64,000 bases of DNA from Ardenticatenales bacterium (GTDB taxonomy: Bacteria; Chloroflexota; Anaerolineae; Epilineales; Epilineaceae). Positions 46,273-55,712 of the stretch are shown piece by piece (positions within the stretch are counted from its first letter, which is position 1; every line of letters starts with the position of its first letter). The notes beneath the pieces were generated by a model that made no database searches, had not been told where the DNA came from, and saw only the letters and a list, made by a program, of their open reading frames with translations. Position numbers and translations under genes: made by a program. The stretch spans positions 18,672-82,671 of the forward strand of contig JADYYS010000050.1 in assembly GCA_020853525.1 (NCBI GenBank). The letters are read 5' to 3'.

Positions 46273-46773
46273 ATGTCGAACCGAACGTTGCTCACCCTCG
46301 GCACCCTGACGATCCTCGCCCTCACTGCGGCAGCCTGCGGCGGTGGGTCCACGGACGCGCCATCGGCGGGCGAGAGCGCCGCCAACGCCACGGCGCCGGT
46401 AGGCGACAGCGCCGGCATCACCACCGCCGATGTCTGGGCGCGCAAGTCACCGATGGCGGCGACGATGGGCGCCGTGTACCTACGGATCGACAATCACGGC
46501 GCCGTGGACGATGCGCTGATCGGCGCCGCCGCGGCGGTCGCCCACACGGTCGAGATCCACGAGACCACGAACGAGGGCGGCGTCATGAGCATGGCCAAAG
46601 TGGACGCCATCCCCGTGCCCGCCGGCGGCTCGGCCGAACTGAAGCCCGGCGGGTACCACGTCATGCTCATCGACGTCACCGCGCCGCTGAAGCTGGGGGA
46701 GCGCTTTCCGGTTACGCTGCAGTTCGAGAAGGCGGGCATGATCACGGTCGAGGCCGAGGTACGGGAGGAGTAG
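46273..46773 (+). CDS. PCu(A)C (DUF461) periplasmic copper chaperone, lipoprotein.
   Basis: Lipobox LTAAACG. H(x)nM motif AHTVEIHETTNEGGVMSM...GGYHVML. Confidence 0.8.
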   Translation: MSNRTLLTLGTLTILALTAAACGGGSTDAPSAGESAANATAPVGDSAGITTADVWARKSPMAATMGAVYLRIDNHGAVDDALIGAAAAVAHTVEIHETTNEGGVMSMAKVDAIPVPAGGSAELKPGGYHVMLIDVTAPLKLGERFPVTLQFEKAGMITVEAEVREE

Positions 46774-46919
46774 TCCGCGCGCTGCCCTTGACCCCCTTGA
46801 CCTCCCTGATGCGCCGGACATACCCCCGTTGCGTACAGACCGCCAGGTCAAGTCCAGGGTGATCCGGCGGTCTGTGCCGACGGACTGGTTGGTCGGAGTG
46901 ACGTTCCTACGTCTCGACC

Positions 46920-47519
46920 CTATGCCTCGCCCGCCTCGGCCGAGAGCGCATCAGCCAACGCGAGATACCGGTCCTGCGATCCGTCGCACGCCTCGGTTTG
47001 CGCAATGTCCTCGAATGCGGCGGCCACCCGCGCCTGGGCAGCAGGATCGATGACTTGTCGAGCCATGGGAAAGAGCACATGGTCCTCCTTGGCGATGTGC
47101 GATCGCAGCAAGGCCACGTAGTCTCTTGCACACCCCACCAGCTCGGCGCGCACGGTCGCATCGCCCGCGTCCATCGCACGGGCAGCCTCCCGCAGCGCAC
47201 GGATCAGCGATCGTCCCTCATCGTGCTCGTGCAGCATGACGGACACCGGGCCGCCGGCCGGAACGCCGGCGGCCGTGATCGCCGGGAACAGGACATGCTC
47301 CTCCTTGAGGTGGTGGCAGCCATCGGCAAATCCCGCCGCGAAGTCGGCACAGTCCGCGAAGAACCGCGCTGGAACCGGTTCGCCGCGATCCATGCGATCC
47401 GCCGCCAGCGCCAGGGCGTCCAGCACCCGTTCGATCACGCGGTGATCCTGCATGAGCCCGTCGGTAATGTCCACGCACCCCTCCTGTCCAAGATTGTTCT
47501 CGACGGCCGATAACCACAT
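46920..47519 (-). CDS. Hemerythrin-like (HHE cation-binding) domain protein. Last gene of the long minus-strand array.
   Basis: Repeated H...E/HHLKEEH and HIAKEDHVLFP pairs. Confidence 0.7.
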   Translation of the reverse strand: MWLSAVENNLGQEGCVDITDGLMQDHRVIERVLDALALAADRMDRGEPVPARFFADCADFAAGFADGCHHLKEEHVLFPAITAAGVPAGGPVSVMLHEHDEGRSLIRALREAARAMDAGDATVRAELVGCARDYVALLRSHIAKEDHVLFPMARQVIDPAAQARVAAAFEDIAQTEACDGSQDRYLALADALSAEAGEA

Positions 47520-47534
47520 GCCCCGGCTGCGTCG

Positions 47535-48587
47535 TTAGTTCTGCCGCCCCGGGGTCAGCGCTCCGTTTGCGCCTGCCCGGGCGGGAACCTGGCGCAGCGC
47601 ATGTTGGAGCGCCCGCTCCGTAAACACACGGGCGACCTGGCGTCGATAGCCGGGCGGCAGATCCACGTTGTCCATTGGACGAATCGCGCGGTGGACGGCG
47701 TCGGCAGCAGCCGACAGCCGTTCCGCGGTTGGCACATGACCGGTCAGTATGACCTCGGCCTCCGCGATCCGCAGCGGCCGCGATGCCACCGCTCCGACGA
47801 CCACCCGTGCGTTCTCGCATTCGTCCTTGGCCATCCGTAGCGCAACGGCCACACCAAGTGACGGGAAATCGAACGATGCCCGCGGGCGCAGCTTCATGTA
47901 GCTGGCACACACGCCCGTCGGCCGCAGCAGCTGCACGTCCACCACGATCTCACCGGCGCTGAGTGTCAGATGCGACAACCCGTCGTCGCGGTAGAGTGCT
48001 TCGGCCGGGATCACGCGTTCCCCACGCGGTCCGGCGATCCGGATCTGAGCATCGAGGGCGATCATCGCCGGCGCAAGATCCGACGACACGGCCGCCCAAC
48101 ATCGGTCATCCCCCGGCGCAACGCGGCAGACGTCGCCGGTGCACTTGAGGCAATCGCCGGCGGCTTCGCGCCACAGCGGTGAGCGGTTCACATACGTGCA
48201 TCGCGTGTCGAGGCAGAGATTCCCGCCCAACGTACCCATCGAGCGCAGTGTCGGCGTGGCGATAAGGCTGGCCGCGTGCCCGATCACCGGGAAGTGCCGC
48301 CGGAGCACTGGCTGCCTTGTCAGCTCGGCAATGGACGTCAGCGCGCCAAGCGTCAACCCGGAGCCGTCGCGTACTGTGGCTTCCGCGGCGGTCCGAATAC
48401 CGGACAGCTCAGGTACACCCGCCAGGGCAACCAAGTAGCGGGGGCTGAGCTGGCCGCGCTTCAGCAGTGGCAGCAAGTCGGTGCCGCCGGCGAGGAGCTG
48501 CGCCTCGGCGCCAAGTTCAGCCAGCAGCCCGACCGCCTCCGACAGGCTGCGCGGCGCGAGATAGCGGAAGGAGGGCAGGTGCAACAC
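47535..48587 (-). CDS. FAD-binding (medium) subunit of a molybdenum hydroxylase, with an inserted Cys-rich loop (candidate [4Fe-4S] site as in 4-hydroxybenzoyl-CoA reductase HcrB).
   Basis: FAD motifs LLAGGTDLLPL and GTLGGNL. Insert LCLDTRCTYVNRSPLWREAAGDCLKCTGDVCRVAPGDDRCW carrying 6 Cys. Four of them are spaced 16/8/9 apart. Confidence 0.8.
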   Translation of the reverse strand: MLHLPSFRYLAPRSLSEAVGLLAELGAEAQLLAGGTDLLPLLKRGQLSPRYLVALAGVPELSGIRTAAEATVRDGSGLTLGALTSIAELTRQPVLRRHFPVIGHAASLIATPTLRSMGTLGGNLCLDTRCTYVNRSPLWREAAGDCLKCTGDVCRVAPGDDRCWAAVSSDLAPAMIALDAQIRIAGPRGERVIPAEALYRDDGLSHLTLSAGEIVVDVQLLRPTGVCASYMKLRPRASFDFPSLGVAVALRMAKDECENARVVVGAVASRPLRIAEAEVILTGHVPTAERLSAAADAVHRAIRPMDNVDLPPGYRRQVARVFTERALQHALRQVPARAGANGALTPGRQN

Positions 48588-48596
48588 GTGAGCGGC

Positions 48597-50993
48597 CTAG
48601 AGCTGAGGCGCGCCGGCCGGCGGCTCGACGACCGTTAGAGGCGGGTACGCGATGTCGGGGAACCGGCGAGGACCGTGACGGGCCGGCTGCCCGCGGGCCT
48701 GGCGATCGAGCGCGCGCAGAACTTTGTCGGGCGTGATCGGCACCTCGTCCACGCGCACCCCAACCGCATCGTAGACCGCATTGGCCACGGCCGGTGGCAC
48801 CGGCAGCAGCGGTCCCTGGCCCACCTCCTTCGCCCCGAACGGACCCTCTCGGTCGTCCGTTTCCACCAACAGGCAGTGCACGATCGGCATGTCCAGGGCA
48901 GTGGGCGTCTTGTAGTCCAGAGCGGTTGGGCCGGCATGCAGCGGACCGCGGAACGACTGCTCCTCCCACAGCGCCTCTCCAAGACCCATGTATACCCCGC
49001 CTTCGATCTGTCCCTCCACCTGCGTCGGGTTGAGCGCCCGACCGCCGTCGTGGGCCAGCCAGACTTCAGACGGCACCACCTGGCCCGTTTCTGCGTCGAC
49101 GTTCACATGCACCACGCACGCCGAGTAGCTGTAGGCAGGGCTCGGGCCCACACCGGCCCCCTTGTAGGGTCCGGCCAGCGGCGGCGGCGCATAGGTGCCG
49201 CTGGCGGCCAGCACGGCCCCGGATGCCTGGGTCAGCTGCAGCGCATCCGGCCACGACATGATCGGTGATCGCTCATCGCGGAGCGCGACTTGGCCGGAGT
49301 GCAGGATCAGACGGTGGGTCGGCAGGTGCAACTCGCGACCCACCGCGCACAGTACTTGTTCGCGCAGATTCTCGGCGGCGCGCAGCGCGGCATTGCCCAT
49401 CATGAACGTGACCCGACTCGAGTAGCTGCCCAGATCCACGGCCGCCAACGCCGTATCGGCCGTATCAAGCTGGATATCGACCAAGTCGAGACCGAGAACC
49501 TCAGCGACGAGGCTGGCCAGCACCGAGTCCGAGCCCTGGCCGATATCGGTGGCGCCGCAGGCCACGTGAACGGTGCCGGTGCGGTCCGCCTGGATGTGGA
49601 CGGTGGTGTGTGGCAGCCCGTTCCAGTAGATCGGCAGGGCGGCACCCGATAGGTAGCAGCTGGCAGCCAACCCAACGCCTTCGCCCCGAGGCAGCCGGCG
49701 GTGCTTGTCCAGAAAGCCCGAGGCATCCGCGACCCGCTCCAAGCACGCGCGGAGACCACAGCTCGTGACCCGCAGGTGGTTCACCGTCACGCTGTCTTCG
49801 GCAACAAGGTTCTTCAGCCGAATCGCCAATGGGTCGAGCCCAAGGTCCTCGGCCAACTTGTCCAGGAGCACCTCCAGCCCGAATCGCGGCTGGGGCGTGC
49901 CGTGACCGCGCTTCGGGCCGCACGGTGGCTTGTTCGTGAACACCCGCGCGCCCTCGAAACGATATGCCGGCAGGCGATAGGTGGCCGGCGGCAGGGCGCC
50001 ACTGTAGTACGTGGACGCTACCCCGTAACTGCCATATGCTCCACCGTCCAACACCGTGCGTACGTGCAGACCGGTGAGCGTGCCGTCGACACGCGCGGCT
50101 GCGCGCAGCTGCACGTGCATCGGGTGTCGGCCGCGGTGGCTGTAGAAGACCTCCTCGCGGGAAAGTCGGCACTTCACCGGCCGGCCGGTGATCATGGCAA
50201 GCCGGGCCGCGGCCACCTCGTGCGGCAGCGCCTCGGTCTTGCCGCCGAAGCCGCCACCGATGACCGAAGCGACCACCCGCACCCGGCGCTCGGGTAGTTG
50301 GAGGGCCTTGGCCAACGCCCGCTGGACGTAGTGCGGGGTTTGGGTGGACGACCATAGCGTCAGCCGCCCGTCCGGGCTGTACTCGGCCACGGCCGCATGC
50401 TCCTCCAGCGCCAGATGGTTGCTGCCGCCATAGAAGAACAGATCCTCGCGCACATGGGCCGCCGCTTCGAACGCAGCCTCCACTGCACCGAACTCCAGCG
50501 CAACGCGCTTGTGGACGTTGTTGGCCTTGCCGTTGGCGTGGATCGGATCACCCGTGGCCGACAAGGCCTCGTCAACCGTCATGCAGGCCGTGAGCACGTC
50601 GTAGTCGACGACGATCAACCCCATGGCGTGGTCGGCCGTCTCCTCATCCTCTGCAGCAATGGCCGCCACCGGATCGCCGACGAAGCGCACCTTGTCCACA
50701 GCGAGACCGTGCTCGTCCTGGCTGACGGGTAGAATGCCGTACGGCACCGGAAGGTCCGCACCGCTGATCACGGCCGTCACCCCAGGCACGGCCAACGCAC
50801 GGGTCGCGTCGATGGCTCGGATGCGCGCGTGCGCATGCGGACTGCGCAGCAGTCGGGCATAGAGGAGATGGGCGAAGGGCAGATCGTCCGCGTAGTTTGC
50901 CCGGCCCGTCACCTTGGGCCAAGCATCCACCTTCGAACGACGGTGGCCGATGATCGTGAAGTCCGGAGTCCGCGTCGAGCCGGTCGAGCTCAT
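48597..50993 (-). CDS. Molybdopterin-binding large subunit of the xanthine-dehydrogenase / CoxL / HcrA family.
   Basis: MSSTGSTRTPDFTIIGHRRSKVDAWPKVTGRANYADD...GGGFGGK...; it lacks the form-I CODH VAYRCSFR motif. Its ATGA start overlaps the small-subunit stop. Confidence 0.85.
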   Translation of the reverse strand: MSSTGSTRTPDFTIIGHRRSKVDAWPKVTGRANYADDLPFAHLLYARLLRSPHAHARIRAIDATRALAVPGVTAVISGADLPVPYGILPVSQDEHGLAVDKVRFVGDPVAAIAAEDEETADHAMGLIVVDYDVLTACMTVDEALSATGDPIHANGKANNVHKRVALEFGAVEAAFEAAAHVREDLFFYGGSNHLALEEHAAVAEYSPDGRLTLWSSTQTPHYVQRALAKALQLPERRVRVVASVIGGGFGGKTEALPHEVAAARLAMITGRPVKCRLSREEVFYSHRGRHPMHVQLRAAARVDGTLTGLHVRTVLDGGAYGSYGVASTYYSGALPPATYRLPAYRFEGARVFTNKPPCGPKRGHGTPQPRFGLEVLLDKLAEDLGLDPLAIRLKNLVAEDSVTVNHLRVTSCGLRACLERVADASGFLDKHRRLPRGEGVGLAASCYLSGAALPIYWNGLPHTTVHIQADRTGTVHVACGATDIGQGSDSVLASLVAEVLGLDLVDIQLDTADTALAAVDLGSYSSRVTFMMGNAALRAAENLREQVLCAVGRELHLPTHRLILHSGQVALRDERSPIMSWPDALQLTQASGAVLAASGTYAPPPLAGPYKGAGVGPSPAYSYSACVVHVNVDAETGQVVPSEVWLAHDGGRALNPTQVEGQIEGGVYMGLGEALWEEQSFRGPLHAGPTALDYKTPTALDMPIVHCLLVETDDREGPFGAKEVGQGPLLPVPPAVANAVYDAVGVRVDEVPITPDKVLRALDRQARGQPARHGPRRFPDIAYPPLTVVEPPAGAPQL

Positions 50994-51559
50994 CCCTGCG
51001 CCCCACTGCGCGGGTGCGATGCGCCACCCGCGACCATACGAGCAGCCTGCCGCACGGCTGCGACGATGCTGGCATAGCCTGTACATCGGCAGAGATTGCC
51101 GGCTAGCGCAGCGCGAACTTCGGCTTCGGTTGGATCGGCATTGTCGGCCAACAAGGCGGCGGCGGTAAGCAGCATTCCGCCGGTACAGTAGCCGCACTGG
51201 GCAGCACCGCGGTCGACGAAGGCCACCTGCAACGGGTGGGGCTCCGCCGTGGTACCCAACCCTTCCACCGTGGTGACGGTACGTCCCTCGACGGAGGCAA
51301 GGAGCGTAAGACATCCCAGCCGCGGCTGACCATCCACCAGCACGGTGCAGGCACCGCACTCACCCAACTCACAGCCATGCTTGGTGCCGGTCAGGCCTAG
51401 GTCCTCGCGCAGCGCCTCGAGCAACGTGCGGTGCGCCGGCGCACGCAGCATGCGCGGCACCCCATTTACGGTCATGTCGACGGTGAGCCACCGATCGCCT
51501 GGAGCAGAGTCGTCGACCTGCAGAGCGGGTGGCACGGTTGCCACGATCGTGGACTTCAT
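50990..51559 (-). CDS. [2Fe-2S]-binding small subunit (CoxS/HcrC-like) of the molybdenum hydroxylase.
   Basis: CELGECGACTV and QCGYCTGGM...CRCTGY. Confidence 0.85.
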   Translation of the reverse strand: MKSTIVATVPPALQVDDSAPGDRWLTVDMTVNGVPRMLRAPAHRTLLEALREDLGLTGTKHGCELGECGACTVLVDGQPRLGCLTLLASVEGRTVTTVEGLGTTAEPHPLQVAFVDRGAAQCGYCTGGMLLTAAALLADNADPTEAEVRAALAGNLCRCTGYASIVAAVRQAARMVAGGASHPRSGAQG

Positions 51560-52677
51560 CCCGCTTCCCCTGACGCTGTCGTCGCCGGCCGGCGCGTGGC
51601 CCGAATCTGCTCGACCACCAAGTCGCCGGCAGCCGTGGTGGCGAGCCCGCTGTCGCTGTCGACGGATGGAATGCGCCGGCTCACCAGACAGCGCTCGATC
51701 GCACCCTCGATGATCGCCGCTCCATCCTTTTCTCCCAGGTAGTCCAGCATCATGCCGACCGCGGCGATCGCACCCAGAGGGCTGGCCACGTTCTGGCCCG
51801 CGATCGTCGGTGCCGAGCCATGAATGGGCTCGAACATCGCGGTGCGGCCCGGGTGGATGTTGCCCGAGGCGGCGATCCCCATGCCGCCCTGCAGCGCCGC
51901 CCCGAGATCCGTGACGATATCGCCGAAGAGATTCGTCGTGACGATCACATCGAACATCTCGGGCGTCTTGACCATGTACATGCAGCAGGCATCCACGTAC
52001 GCGTGATCCGTGTGCACGTCGGGGAATGCCTCAGCCACCTCGGCAAACACCCGCGTCCAGATGGACTGCGGCCGGATGGCATTGGCCTTGTCCACCAACG
52101 TCACCTGCGGTTGTCGGCCGCCCATGCCGCGCGCCCGCGCGCGCTCTCGAGCCAGCTCGAAGGCATAGCGGATCACGCGTTCGGTGCCCTTGTGCGTGTA
52201 GACGCCCGAAACGATCGCCACCTCATCGGCGGTGCCAACCTTCAGGTGGCCACCGATCTGCGCATAGACATCCTCGGTGTTCTCACGGACCACCACGAAG
52301 TCGATATCACCCACGCGCTTGCCCTTCAACGGGCACAGGTGCTCCGCCAGCAATCGGACCGGCCGCAGGTTGACGTACAGGTCCATGCCGAATCGGAGGC
52401 TGAGGATCACCGAGCGCTCCACCAGGCCGGGTTCGACCGCGGGGTGACCGATCGCGCCGAGTAGCACGGCGTCCAGCGTGCGCCACTCGTCCACGATCCG
52501 CTCTGTCACGAGCTCGCCCGTAGCCAGGTAGTGCGCGCCGCTGTATGGATACTCGAACAGCTGGTAATGAAAGCCCGTCACTTCAGCTGCTGCGGCGAGC
52601 GCCTTCAGGCCTTCCCTGGTCACCTCGGGACCGATGCCGTCCCCGGGGATCACGCCGATCCGGTAGCCCGTCCTCAC
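51556..52677 (-). CDS. Isopropylmalate / homoisocitrate / tartrate dehydrogenase family (beta-decarboxylating dehydrogenase).
   Basis: IGVIPGDGIGPEV, NLFGDIVTDLGAAL...GGMGIAASGN. Confidence 0.85.
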   Translation of the reverse strand: MRTGYRIGVIPGDGIGPEVTREGLKALAAAAEVTGFHYQLFEYPYSGAHYLATGELVTERIVDEWRTLDAVLLGAIGHPAVEPGLVERSVILSLRFGMDLYVNLRPVRLLAEHLCPLKGKRVGDIDFVVVRENTEDVYAQIGGHLKVGTADEVAIVSGVYTHKGTERVIRYAFELARERARARGMGGRQPQVTLVDKANAIRPQSIWTRVFAEVAEAFPDVHTDHAYVDACCMYMVKTPEMFDVIVTTNLFGDIVTDLGAALQGGMGIAASGNIHPGRTAMFEPIHGSAPTIAGQNVASPLGAIAAVGMMLDYLGEKDGAAIIEGAIERCLVSRRIPSVDSDSGLATTAAGDLVVEQIRATRRPATTASGEAG

Positions 52678-53885
52678 GGTGCCTCCGGGCCGGCGATGGC
52701 GGCGTGCTTTGCGGCGGCCGGGGCGTGCGCGCCGGCTCCTGCCAGGAGGCCCCGGGCGATGACCAATCGCTGTATCTGAGCCGTACCCTCATAGATCTGC
52801 ATGATCTTGGCGTCGCGCATCCACTTTTCAACAGGGTACTCTCTGGAGTAGCCATAGCCGCCCAGCACTTGAACAGCATCCGTCGTGACGCGCATGGCGA
52901 CGTCGGCCGCAAAGGCCTTCGCCATGCTGCTCTCGGTCGTATGCGACAGGCCTTGATCGGCCAGCCAGGCAGCGCGCCAAGCCAAGAGTCGAGCCGCCTC
53001 GATGCTGGTCGCCATGTCCGCCAGAAGGGTGCCGATCGCCTGAAACTGACCGATGGGTCGCCCAAATTGACGCCGCTCACCCGCGTACTGGCAGGCGAAC
53101 TCAAAGGCGGCGCGAGCGATCCCCACTGCTCCGGCAGCGATCTGGGCACGGGTACGATCCAGCGTGCGCATTGCGATCCGAAAACCGTCCGCCTCCCCGC
53201 CCAATCGATTGGCCGCCGGAACCCGAACGTCCTCGAGGTACAGCGACGCCGTGTGCGATGCGCGGATGCCCAGCTTGCGTTCGCCTCGACCGGCGGTCAG
53301 CCCGGCGCGGTCGCCGTCCACGATGAATGCGGCGATCCCGTCCGCCCCACGGCCGGGTGCAACGGTGGCAAACAGGACATAGGTGTCGGCAATACCGCCA
53401 TTGGTGATGAAGCACTTGCTGCCGTTGAGCACGTATTCCGCGCCATCGCGCCGCGCCGTCGTGGTCAGGGCGGAAGCATCGGAGCCGGCGGCCGGCTCGG
53501 TCAAGGCGAAGGCGCCCAACCGAACTGCGCGCGGGTCGCAGAAGCGCGGTATGTAGCGTTCCTTTTGCTCCGGTGTGCCTGACAGTAGGATGGGCGTTGC
53601 CGCCAGCAGCGTGCCCCCCAGCACCGTGGCCACGCCGGCACAGCCCCAGTACAGCTCCTCGTCGACGACGCAACGGCCGAACACATCCGCCACTCCGCCG
53701 CCGCCATATGCCTCAGGCAGAGCATACGCGGTGAGCCCGACCTCGGCCGCCTGCCGGAGCACCTCCCAGGGCACGGTTTCTTCCTCGTCGAAGCGCGGCG
53801 CCCCCGGACGGATCACCTCGAGCGCAAACCGGTGCGCCAAGCTGCGCAGGGCGCGGTGCTCATCGGATAGGGCGAACCCGATCAT
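52674..53885 (-). CDS. Acyl-CoA dehydrogenase, embedded inside the chain-elongation module.
   Basis: GAFALTEPAAGSDA, YVLNGSKCFITNG, QVLGGYGYSREYPVEKWMRDAKIMQIYEGT. Confidence 0.85.
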   Translation of the reverse strand: MIGFALSDEHRALRSLAHRFALEVIRPGAPRFDEEETVPWEVLRQAAEVGLTAYALPEAYGGGGVADVFGRCVVDEELYWGCAGVATVLGGTLLAATPILLSGTPEQKERYIPRFCDPRAVRLGAFALTEPAAGSDASALTTTARRDGAEYVLNGSKCFITNGGIADTYVLFATVAPGRGADGIAAFIVDGDRAGLTAGRGERKLGIRASHTASLYLEDVRVPAANRLGGEADGFRIAMRTLDRTRAQIAAGAVGIARAAFEFACQYAGERRQFGRPIGQFQAIGTLLADMATSIEAARLLAWRAAWLADQGLSHTTESSMAKAFAADVAMRVTTDAVQVLGGYGYSREYPVEKWMRDAKIMQIYEGTAQIQRLVIARGLLAGAGAHAPAAAKHAAIAGPEAP

Positions 53886-54396
53886 TCGTGCGCCGCCAGG
53901 CGCGCTTGGACATAGCTGTGCAGTCCACCCAGCGCCATGAGCTGAAGCAGAAACTCCGGGAACGGCTCGGCCTGGTATGTCGCGCCGGTCGTCAGGTCGT
54001 GGATCACGCCGCTGGCTGGTTCGATGGCCACGGTGTCGCCGTCGGCGATGGCGGTGGCAGCAGCCGGGCACTCGAAGATGGGCAAGCCCAGATTGATGGC
54101 GTTGCGGAAGAAGATTCGGGCGAACGACACCGCCACGACGCCGGCGACTCCGGATGCCTGCAGCGCGATGGGTGCCACCTCCCGGGAGCTTCCACACCCA
54201 AAGTTGATGCCGGCTACAACGATATCGCCCGGCGCCACGCGACCGGCGAACGACGGATCGGCATCTTCCATGCAGTGCTCGGCGAGGCGGGCCGGATCAG
54301 CGGTGTTGCAGTGTCGCGCCGGAATGATGGCGTCGGTGTCGATATGGTCACCGAACTTCCAAGCCCGGCCCTGCAGTCTACCCAGCGGCTTAGCCA
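53882..54396 (-). CDS. Aconitase-family small subunit (LeuD / homoaconitase small subunit-like).
   Basis: MAKPLGRLQGRAWKFGDHIDTDAIIPARH...GINFGCGSSREVAPIAL. Confidence 0.8.
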
Positions 54397-55712
54397 TGAG
54401 CGACCTCGCCGGCTCCAGACAGTGCCGCGACGCCCCAGTCGTCCGATTCGGCAATACCGAGCTCCGTCGGTGATGAAATGTGGCCGGAGATGGCAGATGC
54501 TGCCGCCACCGCCGGGCTGGCCAGGTAGACCTCACTTTGAATGTGACCCATGCGTCCCCGAAAGTTGCGATTGCTGGTGGACACGCAGCGCTCGCCGGAG
54601 GCCAGCACGCCCATGTGCCCGCCAAGACAGGGTCCGCAGGTCGGAGTGCTGACAACGCACTCCGCCTCGATGAACGTCTCGACGAGCCCCTCCCGAACCG
54701 CCGCCAAGTACACGGCCTGGCTACCAGGGATGATGATCGTGCGCACCCGCGGATGGGTCTTACGCCCCTTCAGCACATGAGCCGCCTGGCGAAGGTCGGC
54801 CAGGTTGCCGTTGGTGCACATGCCGATCACCACCTGATGGATGTCGATGTCGCCCATGCCCGCCGCATCCTGCGTGTTCTCGGGCAGGAACGGAGCGGCC
54901 ACCTGCGGCTCCAAGTCGCTCACATCCCACTCATACACGGCGGCATAATCGGCATCCGGGTCGCTCGTGAACAAGCGGTCGGTACGGCCGCCGGCACGAC
55001 GCACGAACTCAGTGGTCGTGGCGTCCGGTGCGATCAGGCCGGTCTTGGCTCCGGCCTCGATCGCCATGTTGGCCATGGTCAATCGCCCGGCCATGTCCAA
55101 TCCCTCGATCACCTCCCCCGCAAACTCCAGCGCTTGGTACCGCGCGCCGTCCACCCCGATCCGACCGATGGCGTACAAGGCAAGGTCCTTGCCACTGACC
55201 CACGGCCGAAGCCGGCCCCGGAAGATGATCTTGGTCGATGGCGGCACCTTCAGCCATATCTCACCCAATGCCATGGCGGCGGCGGCATCGGTGGATCCAA
55301 CACCGGTGCCGAACGCACCCAACGCACCGTACGTACACGTGTGCGAGTCCGCACCGGCCACAATGTCGCCCGGCGAAACCAGCCCCTGCTCGGGTAGCAG
55401 GACGTGCTGGATACCGACGCGCCCCACGTCGTAGTACCGAATACCGGTGCGCAGGGCGAACTCCCGGCATTCGCGCACGATCTCGGCGGAGTCAATGTCC
55501 TTATTGGGCGTGAAGTGGTCGAAGACAAACACGACCTTGCGAGGGTCGAATATCCGAGCGTTCGCGAAGCGTTCGAACTCACGCAGCGCCACGATACCCG
55601 ATAGCTCGCTTGCCAGCACGAGATCCACCCGCGCGTTGATGAACTCTCCTGGCCGCACCGTTTCGCGGTCGCAATGGGCAGCCAATATCTTCTCGGCAAT
55701 CGTCTGGCCCAC
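54390..55712 (-). CDS. Aconitase-family large subunit (LeuC / homoaconitase large subunit-like, short ~430-aa type).
   Basis: MGQTIAEKILAAHC...GADSHTCTYGALGAFGTGVG...CGPCLG...NRNFRGRMG. Confidence 0.85.
   Translation of the reverse strand: MGQTIAEKILAAHCDRETVRPGEFINARVDLVLASELSGIVALREFERFANARIFDPRKVVFVFDHFTPNKDIDSAEIVRECREFALRTGIRYYDVGRVGIQHVLLPEQGLVSPGDIVAGADSHTCTYGALGAFGTGVGSTDAAAAMALGEIWLKVPPSTKIIFRGRLRPWVSGKDLALYAIGRIGVDGARYQALEFAGEVIEGLDMAGRLTMANMAIEAGAKTGLIAPDATTTEFVRRAGGRTDRLFTSDPDADYAAVYEWDVSDLEPQVAAPFLPENTQDAAGMGDIDIHQVVIGMCTNGNLADLRQAAHVLKGRKTHPRVRTIIIPGSQAVYLAAVREGLVETFIEAECVVSTPTCGPCLGGHMGVLASGERCVSTSNRNFRGRMGHIQSEVYLASPAVAAASAISGHISSPTELGIAESDDWGVAALSGAGEVAHG

Noticed and set aside
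47535-51559. Aerobic carbon-monoxide dehydrogenase (coxSLM)
   Set aside because: The large subunit lacks the form-I active-site loop VAYRCSFR, and the gene order is S-L-M rather than M-S-L. The FAD subunit carries an Fe-S-type Cys loop. A generic or HcrCAB-like molybdenum hydroxylase is the safer call.
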